Source: an uncultured Planctomycetota bacterium (lineage in GTDB: Bacteria > Planctomycetota > Planctomycetia > Isosphaerales > Isosphaeraceae). From it: a stretch of DNA of 64,000 nucleotides. The notes below the pieces were generated by a model. That model worked only from the letters and a program-made list of their open reading frames with translations, made no database searches and was not told the origin of the DNA. Positions 21,664 through 28,486 of the stretch are shown here, in pieces (positions within the stretch are counted from its first letter, which is position 1; each line of letters starts with the position of its first letter). The stretch spans positions 128,001-192,000 of the forward strand of contig CAWGMQ010000002.1 of assembly GCA_963823665.1 (NCBI GenBank), given 5' to 3'. The translations under genes and the position numbers were made by a program.

Positions 21664-22911
21664 GTGAACAAAGCCAGCGCGGTTGTCGTCGCAGTGGCCT
21701 TGGCCGCGCCGTTCTCGAGCGCAGCCCGGCAACAACACGACATCGTGGAGGCTAAAGCCGGCGAAACGATCGCCTCCATGGACGAGCTGCGATTTGTTCC
21801 CCCAAAGGACAAGGGCTCGGCGAGCTTGGTCGACGGCAGGTTTGGCCGCGCGGTCCGCTTTCGCTTCGCGGCCGATTCCGCCGGAAGCTTCTTCACAAGC
21901 AACATCCGCGGCACTCCCGCTTGGGACAAGGCTGAGGGATTTTCGTTCTGGGTCAGGGGCGAAGACCAGGCCGGCTTCGGCGGAATCGAATTTATATATG
22001 ATGACGATTACGCGGTCCGGTACGACCTCTGCTTCCCCATCCGGCCGCGCGAATGGACGAAAGTCGTCGCGGCCTGGCGAGACCTCGTCCCCGTGCTGCC
22101 GGGGCCGCGATCGAGGCCCCTGGGTCTGTCCGGCGGCAATCCGCCTTCAAAACTCTCGGCGCTCTTCGTGGGGCGGTGGTGGTACTGGTCGGAGTATCCG
22201 GCGCTGAGCTTTGATCTCGACGAGATTCGGCTGGAGCCCAAGGTTCGAAGGCCCCCGCCGCCGCTTCCGCGCGGAGACCCCCTGGAGCGCACGCGTGCGA
22301 AGCTGAAGGCGGGTCGTCCGGTCACCGTGGTGACGATGGGCGACTCACTAACCGACAAGCGACATTGGGCCAACCGCGAAGTCGCGTGGGTGGACATTTT
22401 GCGCGACGCCCTGAAACAGAAATTCGGCGCCGAGATCACGATCGTCAACCCCGCGATCGGCGGGACCCAGTTGCGGCAAAACGTGATCTTGATTCCGCGA
22501 TGGCTGGCCCTTGCGCCCGACCCGGATCTGGTGATCTTGTTTTTCGGCGGCAACGACTGGGATGCCGGAATGCGCGGCGGTGAATTCTATCTGGCATGCC
22601 TCGACGCCGTGGACCGCGTGCGACAGGCGACGAATGGCAGGTCCGACGTCTTGATCGTCACGACGAACCCCTCGGCGGCGCGGTGGGGCACGCTCGAAGA
22701 GTTGGCGGAAGCCTGCCGCCGAGCCGCTCGGGATCGCCGCGCAGGCCTTGCCGACACGGACCGAGCTTTTATTGAGGTTGGGAAAGACCATCCCGATGGG
22801 CTCTTCGTTCACGACCGGGTCCATCTAAGCCGCACTGGCCACACGGTCGTCGCCGAGACGGTCGCCCGCGCCATCGACTCCGCCGGCGCTCTAGCCGCAG
22901 AATCTCGGTAG
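21664..22911 (+). CDS. Secreted SGNH/GDSL hydrolase with N-terminal carbohydrate-binding-like domain
   Basis: Signal peptide; WDKAEGFSFWVRG CBM-like part; GDSLT, NPAIGG, FGGND, DRVH catalytic blocks. Confidence 0.88.
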   Translation: MNKASAVVVAVALAAPFSSAARQQHDIVEAKAGETIASMDELRFVPPKDKGSASLVDGRFGRAVRFRFAADSAGSFFTSNIRGTPAWDKAEGFSFWVRGEDQAGFGGIEFIYDDDYAVRYDLCFPIRPREWTKVVAAWRDLVPVLPGPRSRPLGLSGGNPPSKLSALFVGRWWYWSEYPALSFDLDEIRLEPKVRRPPPPLPRGDPLERTRAKLKAGRPVTVVTMGDSLTDKRHWANREVAWVDILRDALKQKFGAEITIVNPAIGGTQLRQNVILIPRWLALAPDPDLVILFFGGNDWDAGMRGGEFYLACLDAVDRVRQATNGRSDVLIVTTNPSAARWGTLEELAEACRRAARDRRAGLADTDRAFIEVGKDHPDGLFVHDRVHLSRTGHTVVAETVARAIDSAGALAAESR

Positions 22912-23041
22912 CGTGACGTACTCGCGGAGGAAAACAGGGGCGCAATTGGTTTGTCTAGGGGAGGGAAACACAGGGCCTGATAGACAAAGCCCCCAGGTGC
23001 TAGTCTCGCTGTTCTTGTCATGACAGCGCCTGCTCACATAA

Positions 23042-23128
23042 CTGAAGGCTTCCGTCAATACGAATCGCGTCCCGGCTTTCGTCCCTGAAGGCTTCCGTCA
23101 AATACGAATCGCGTCCCGGTTTCCGTCC
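23042..23128. repeat. Diverged tandem duplication (43 + 44 bp)
   Basis: ctgaaggcttccgtcaatacgaatcgcgtcccggctttcgtcc then ctgaaggcttccgtcaaatacgaatcgcgtcccggtttccgtcc (1 indel, 2 substitutions). Confidence 0.9.
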
Positions 23129-23167
23129 ACGAGCCCGTGCGAAACAGAACGCGAGGTGTCCTCGAAA
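23122..23167. repeat. 46-bp direct repeat, copy 1 (copy 2 at 33710-33755 inside the cyclase gene)
   Basis: tccgtccacgagcccgtg[c/t]gaaacag[a/c]acgcgaggtgtcctcgaaa, 44/46 identical. Confidence 0.92.
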
Positions 23168-23711
23168 TGAAGGCAGAAACCCACCCGTGTGTAGGGGGAC
23201 TGGGGGATTGAGCCCGCAGCAACTTGCGCGATCGGCAAGGCGCGCAGCGGACGGGAGTACGTGCGGCCTTCGTTCGGATGCGGACGAAGTGGAATGTTTT
23301 CCGTCGATGTTGCCCGCCAGCGCTTGCACATCAGGGCGGAGTCACATCATGCCCGTAATGCGCGGTCGCGGGCCGTCGCTCGAACCGCACTCGCAGCAAT
23401 TGCCGAACCGAGATCATCAGCGCGAAGTTTGCGATCCCTTGGGTGTCTCCCTTCCCTCGTCAAGCGTACAACTGTGTACCGCATGTCGCCGGGTGACCTC
23501 AAACCGATACGGGAAGCGAGCACGACGCAATCGCAAGGCAGGTTTTGACTGCACTGCGACTGTTCGCCGTTCGCTGCTCGCTGCTCACCTTAGCGACGCC
23601 GACCGATCCGAGTGGCTCATCGCGCAGGGCGTCTTCTGATTTCGGACGGCCATCATGGAGCCAAGCACTCTGCCAGAGACTTGTTTGACCCGTGGAGTTG
23701 TGACTTCATGC

Positions 23712-25593
23712 TCACGGCGTTAGCAGAGCAACGTCTGTTCTGCGCTTGGTGAGCTGTCGACTCGTCCGGGGCCGTCGCAATGCAGCTTCCATGCGATCGA
23801 ACCAAGCAACGAGTGCCAGGGTGACATTCAGCCGGCTGCCGGCCAGGGTGTCGCCGATCCCCATTGCATGCTCCCGCATTGCGTGAATCAGCTTCCCGGT
23901 GTCGATCACTCCGAGGTCGTTGAGTCTGGTACCCAGGACCATCGCCTCCAGGCTGGGCAGATTGCGCGAGGCCGCACCAGTAGATGTCATTGAAGCCTCG
24001 CTTGTCGCGCCTCGCTCGGATCGGTTCGGGCACGATGCCGCGCATTGCCTCTCGGAGGACCGGCTTGCGAGTCCCGAGTGATTCGCGGACAGCCCGAGGC
24101 ACACGCAGGCAGAACTCGACGAGCCGCGGGTCGAGGAACGGATGCGAGTTCGCCATCCCCAACGGCGCCGCGAGGTGCCAGGATGACCAGTTGCCGGAGC
24201 ACGTCTGGATCGCGCAGAGGTCCGCGGACCGCTCGGCGGAAGGGGTGTATAGGCTGCGCGCGAAGTCCAGGCCCTTCTCCCAGAGGTCGTGGTCCCGGGC
24301 GAACTCGCGAGCGATCCAGAGGGGAACTGCCGTCGCACTCAGCGCCGGCCAACCGCCTCGACCGCGGCGAAGCCACGTCCCGATGCCGTCGCGCAGGCTG
24401 GGCGGGATATTGGGCCCGAGCCCGCGGCGCCACCAGATGTCCGCCAGGCTCCGGTTGGTCGCCCGCGCCCATCGCCGCGCCTCGGCCAGCGACTCGATCC
24501 AACGACCGCGACGGACGAGGCCGGCAATCTGGAGGGAGCGCCCATCCAGGAAGTCGTCCGCCCCCGTGCCCGTGAGTATGGTAGCCGCGCCCGCCCGGTG
24601 CGCCTCATCGATCAGGAGTCGCTCCATCCCCATCCGGAAGAGTCCGGCATACGGCTCGTCGTGCTCGGGAATCCCCTCGCCAAACCAGTCGAAGTCGAGC
24701 GCCTCGTCAGCGTCAATGAACCGGCCGTCGATGAGTCCGCCCTGGTTGACGACCATCTCGGCGAACGCCCGTTCCCCCGCCAGGTGGGTATTCCGGTAGA
24801 CGAGCGACAGCGTCGTCAAGCGTCGCATGCCGCCGCTCCCATCAAGGCATCGCCGCGCCTGGCAGACCACCGACGAACTGTCCATCCCGCCCGAGAGGTG
24901 CGCCGCGACGGAACCGCGTGCGACCCGCTCGTCGACCGCGCGACGGAGGAGGTCCTCGCAGCGCGCGCCGGCTTCGACCAGGGTGATCGGTTCCTGGCGC
25001 TCAACGAGACCTGCCCAGTCCCAGGTCGTCGTTCGTTGGATGCACGGGCCCGGACCCAACGTAACGAGGGTTCCGGCCGGAACGCGCTGGACCCCTTCGA
25101 AAGGAGTCGTCTCGCCCGGCAATTCGGTGAACGCGTTTGATGCCATAAGGAAGCGCGAGAAGTACTCCAGGTTGTAGGATCGGCGCCCGCCCAATGACGT
25201 GATGTGGGTGCTCACGGCGACGCCCGGGCCGTCGATCGTCCAGTAAAGGGGCCAAGCGCCGAACGGGTCGCGCAGCGCCAGCAATCGCCGCCGCCGGGGA
25301 TCCCAGACCGCGAGGGAGAACTCACCCTCCAGCCTCGCGAGGCCGGCGGCACCGAGCTGGCGATGGACGGCCAGCGCGAACCCCGCGTCGGTTGCCGAGG
25401 TCAGGCTCTCGCGGACCGACGCCGGCAATCCCCGCATGGCTTCGTCGCGGTAGTGCAACCGACCGATCAAGATGGCTGCAGTCGCCAGGACGGGATCCTC
25501 GGCGAACGTGACGAATGATACCGCCGGCGTTCCGATCAAGCGGAATTCCGCGGGCATTCCCGGAAGACAAACAACCTCGAATCCTGGTTTCAT
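23712..25593 (-). CDS. Lasso peptide cyclase (C protein, asparagine-synthetase-like), frameshift near 23965
   Basis: LEGEFSL.VWD, RDPFG..PLY, AHLSGGMDSSSV ATP-PPase motif, LTGTGAD, HPFLDPRLVEF, K.VLREAMRG..PE.IR.R..K; no N-terminal glutaminase Cys; C-terminus continues in the adjacent frame (RNLPSLEAMV...LALVAWFD). Confidence 0.88.
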
Positions 25594-25786
25594 GGCGCAA
25601 CTCCCGATCCAGCAGAGTAGGAACCGAAGGGGACGAATTTCGACACGTCGAACGATTGGCATTGATGCCGGCGGGCGGTCCTGCGGCGGGCCCAGTCTCG
25701 ATCCTCGCGATCCCAGCGGGGCCTGGAGCAGCACTCCGGCGGAATTCCCGACGGGACCACATCTGCCCGGCAGCGCAGACTGCACA

Positions 25787-26560
25787 TCAGCGTGACCCGA
25801 AGTAATGGGCCACCGGCTGGTAGATCGCGCAGTTTTCCGGCTCATCGGTGACCACGCGTCCGCCGCACTCAACCCAGGCATGTGCCTCGAACGGATGCCG
25901 ACGGATGCCGACCTTCAGGACCGCCGGCAGCCCGTGGACCGCTCGAAGGATCTGGTAGCCCACGAGGGCTCGTTCCTTGCAGACCATCGGCAGGAGGACC
26001 CGGCGTGACGCCGCGTCGCGGACAAGCTGATCGACCGCGTCGATCACATCATCCCAGCCTGCGGGAGGGGACGGGCCCCGGTCGGCACGGTGCCAGCGTG
26101 TCCACAGCCGGACCGTGGTGGCCCAGCCGAGCAGCCGGATGCTGAACCAGGCGAGGACCATCAGCGATGCTACCGTAAGGCGGCCCGGAGCAGTGGTCCG
26201 TCCATGTCCGCGGCGACCTCGCGGTTTCTCGCTTTCCCGCGTGGCGGCGACCGGACCCCGATGCTTCACCAGCAGCCTTTTGCGGGCTAACTCGCCCACC
26301 AGCGTGGTGAGATCGGTGCGGATGCGGGCGTGGTCCACGCCGTAGAAGTCGGCAGCTCGATCCACCGCCACGTCGAATCCATCGTCGAGCACGAGCGTCA
26401 ACAGCTTCGTCCCGACCGGGTCGAGGCCATAGAACCGGCCTCGATTCAGGTTCAGCAGGCGAGCGATGCCGTCCTGGACGTCCAGGACGACGTCATTGCC
26501 CAGGCGGAGGCAACGTTCGCCCCGTCCCCGATCTGTGACCGCCTGATCCGTTCCCGCCAT
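25787..26560 (-). CDS. Fused lasso peptide B protein: PqqD-like RRE (B1) + transglutaminase-like leader peptidase (B2)
   Basis: RRE LLNLNRGRFYGLDPVG...YGVD...DL..LV.EL..KRLL; peptidase VCKERAL...LKVGIRRHPFEAHAWVE..G.VVTD (Cys-His-Asp). Confidence 0.92.
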   Translation of the reverse strand: MAGTDQAVTDRGRGERCLRLGNDVVLDVQDGIARLLNLNRGRFYGLDPVGTKLLTLVLDDGFDVAVDRAADFYGVDHARIRTDLTTLVGELARKRLLVKHRGPVAATRESEKPRGRRGHGRTTAPGRLTVASLMVLAWFSIRLLGWATTVRLWTRWHRADRGPSPPAGWDDVIDAVDQLVRDAASRRVLLPMVCKERALVGYQILRAVHGLPAVLKVGIRRHPFEAHAWVECGGRVVTDEPENCAIYQPVAHYFGSR

Positions 26561-26636
26561 GGCAATTCCCCCGTTAGAGAAAAGGACGGACCGCCCGGGC
26601 GGCGCGGAGCACGCCGCGGGCGGTCGCGCCGGACGA

Positions 26637-26840
26637 TCAAAAGTCGAAGAACCAACGCCCCGGGCCATCATCGAGGCGCCAGCCCGGGCCGCCCTGAAGC
26701 CGGTCCAACGAGCCGAGCACGTAGAGTTGGGGCACCCGATAGGCCGTGGTGAAGCACGGCACCGGCGCGGCCGACTCATCCGCACCGGGAGACTCGCCGT
26801 CTCCGAGAAATCCGTGATACCGTAGCCGCTCTGAGAACAT
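26637..26840 (-). CDS. Lasso precursor peptide A2 (67 aa); predicted core GGPGWRLDDGPGRWFFDF
   Basis: GAGGAG RBS; leader motif YRVPQLYVLGSLDRLQ (YxxPxLxxxG); directly upstream of the B gene. Confidence 0.87.
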   Translation of the reverse strand: MFSERLRYHGFLGDGESPGADESAAPVPCFTTAYRVPQLYVLGSLDRLQGGPGWRLDDGPGRWFFDF

Positions 26841-26892
26841 CACTGTCATCTCCTCGATTGAAGTACGCGACTGTTCATGGTCGTGAACGACC

Positions 26893-26920
26893 CGGCCGCG
26901 GGCCGGAGGGCCCGCGGCCG
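26893..26920. terminator. Perfect 12-bp GC stem-loop between the two precursors (terminator or mRNA-stabilising hairpin)
   Basis: CGGCCGCGGGCC-GGAG-GGCCCGCGGCCG; no U-tract. Confidence 0.65.
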
Positions 26921-26935
26921 CCATCGAAGCAGCGT

Positions 26936-27133
26936 TCAGAACCCGTTGAAGTACCAGCGGCTGGGGCCGTCGTACTCCGAACCGCTCAGGTAGCCCTGGA
27001 GCTTTTCAAGCGAGCCAAGATCGAAGACGGCGGGTTTGCCGTACGCATGGCACGGTGTAGGGCCAGCCGGAGCCGCGGTACGCGGTCTCTCGGGATCGCC
27101 CATCGGATTATAGATGCAGACCAATCGATTCAT
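26936..27133 (-). CDS. Lasso precursor peptide A1 (65 aa); predicted core GYLSGSEYDGPSRWYFNGF
   Basis: AAGGAAAGGAAG purine-rich RBS; leader motif YGKPAVFDLGSLEKLQ; core homologous to A2. Confidence 0.87.
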   Translation of the reverse strand: MNRLVCIYNPMGDPERPRTAAPAGPTPCHAYGKPAVFDLGSLEKLQGYLSGSEYDGPSRWYFNGF

Positions 27134-27206
27134 CGTTTCTTCCTTTCCTTCGTGCTGGGTGTGTGTGTGTGAAAACGATCTGCCTCTGTCGCCTGTCATC
27201 TCGGGA

Positions 27207-27260
27207 TCACTTTTTCCCGAGGATGATCTCAAGTGCATTGCCGATGATGATGTCGATCAT
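27207..27260 (-). CDS. Putative 17-aa micropeptide MIDIIIGNALEIILGKK
   Basis: GAGGAGG RBS 7 nt before ATG; same strand, just upstream of precursor A1; resembles the neighbouring micro-ORF. Confidence 0.55.
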   Translation of the reverse strand: MIDIIIGNALEIILGKK

Positions 27261-27343
27261 CTCATGGCCTCCTCGTGAACTTGTTGCGGTTCCAGTTCTT
27301 CGGCGACACCGCCCCCGAGGCGGGGCCGCCCGCACCATCGGCG

Positions 27344-27397
27344 TTACTTGCCGATGCTGATCTTGATCACGGCATCGAAATCGAACTCCTCGATCAC
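27344..27397 (-). CDS. Putative 17-aa micropeptide MIEEFDFDAVIKISIGK
   Basis: GTG start after purine-rich AGGAAAGAAGAGAG; high GC3 codon usage; followed by a GC hairpin (~27302-27330). Confidence 0.5.
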   Translation of the reverse strand: MIEEFDFDAVIKISIGK

Positions 27398-27470
27398 GTC
27401 TCTCTTCTTTCCTGCATGGTGACGGGTCACGAGACCGAGTGAGAAACGGCTCCAGGCTCGACACACGGCC

Positions 27471-27500
27471 CTGATACCAGGGTTGCGACTTGACTGTCGA
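27471..27500 (-). promoter_or_regulatory. Possible sigma70-type promoter for the micropeptide/lasso operon
   Basis: Minus strand TCGACA-N18-TATCAG with TGn extended -10; weak match to consensus. Confidence 0.3.
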
Positions 27501-27902
27501 CACAACGCCTTCCGAGGCAGATCGGTCGAGGAGAGGGTCGCCTTGTCGAACCCGATCTCCACGTGAACGCCTCTTTGGCGGTTGTCGCGCGGAGCCCCAT
27601 CCCTGCGCTTCTTCGAGTTTCGACCCCGAGGCTGCGCCAATTGACGAGCTTGCCGGGCCGGCGCACCGACCCGGCCGCGATCGAGCAATCCCGCTCGATC
27701 CGCGATTACTTGCCGACGTTCCTGACAACGGCCTTCACGGCTTCCGTGACGACGACCTGAATCAAACCGCCAAGGCAACTCATGGCTTTTCTCCTCGATT
27801 GTGCGGCAGCCGAGGAAGCCGACGCCGGCTTCCATCCTGCCCGTTGACATGCGAGAATTGCGCGAGCTGCCCTCAGCCCCGCTGAAACGAATCGGCAAAA
27901 AA

Positions 27903-28486
27903 ATGGGCGACGAACGACCGGATGACATAACTAGGCTCCTCAGCGAGGCTCGCGCCGGCGCTGGAAGGTGCGCACGAGGAGCTCGTGCGGGCCATCTACG
28001 GCGAGCTACGGAACATCGCGCAAGGGTGGATGCATCGCGAGCGAGCCGACCACACGCTTCAGCCGACCGCGCTGGTCAACGAGGCGTTCTGCCGCCTGCT
28101 GGAGAAAGAATCGCTGGTCAACGCCCCCAATCGCGCGTACATGTTCGCTGCGGCCGCGGAGGCGATGCGCCGCGTCCTGGTCGAGCATGCCCGCGCGCGT
28201 CGGACCAGGAAGCGGGGCGGGAACCGCGTGCGCGTCCCCCTGGACCAGGTCCTCGCCGGTTTCGACGAGCAAGGCGTGGATGTGATCGCCCTGCACGAAG
28301 CGCTCGAGGAACTGGCCAAGGCGTACCCACGGCAAAGCCAGGTCGTCACGTTCCGGTTCTTCGGCGGTCTCCACGGTGCCCGAGGTCGCGGAGGCGTTGC
28401 AACCGAAAGTTTCGGTCACGACGGTTGAGAGCGACTGGCGGTTCGCGAGGGCTTGATTGAAAGATCGGCTGGGGGCCGTGCCATGA
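27903..28486 (+). pseudogene. ECF43-like (kinase-associated) ECF sigma factor with two frameshifts (~27960, ~28370) and a premature TGA (28454-28456)
   Basis: DITRLL...IYGELRNIA...ERADHTLQPTALVNEAFCRL...MRRVLVEHAR.R...KRGG...FRFFGGL|TVPEVAEAL...SVTTVESDWRFARA*LKDRL; stop overlaps the kinase start (ATGA). Confidence 0.85.

Noticed and set aside
23042..23175. CRISPR array
   Set aside because: Only two abutting units with no unique spacers of regular length, and no cas genes in the window
23653..25881. Housekeeping asparagine synthetase (ORF-track limits)
   Set aside because: No N-terminal catalytic Cys and it lies next to RRE/B2 and precursor genes, so it is a lasso cyclase; the track's start and end are distorted by a frameshift
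27159..27171. (GT)n microsatellite as a phase-variation switch for precursor A1
   Set aside because: Only about six units, in an untranslated spacer; C/A-rich unstructured leaders before an RBS are common
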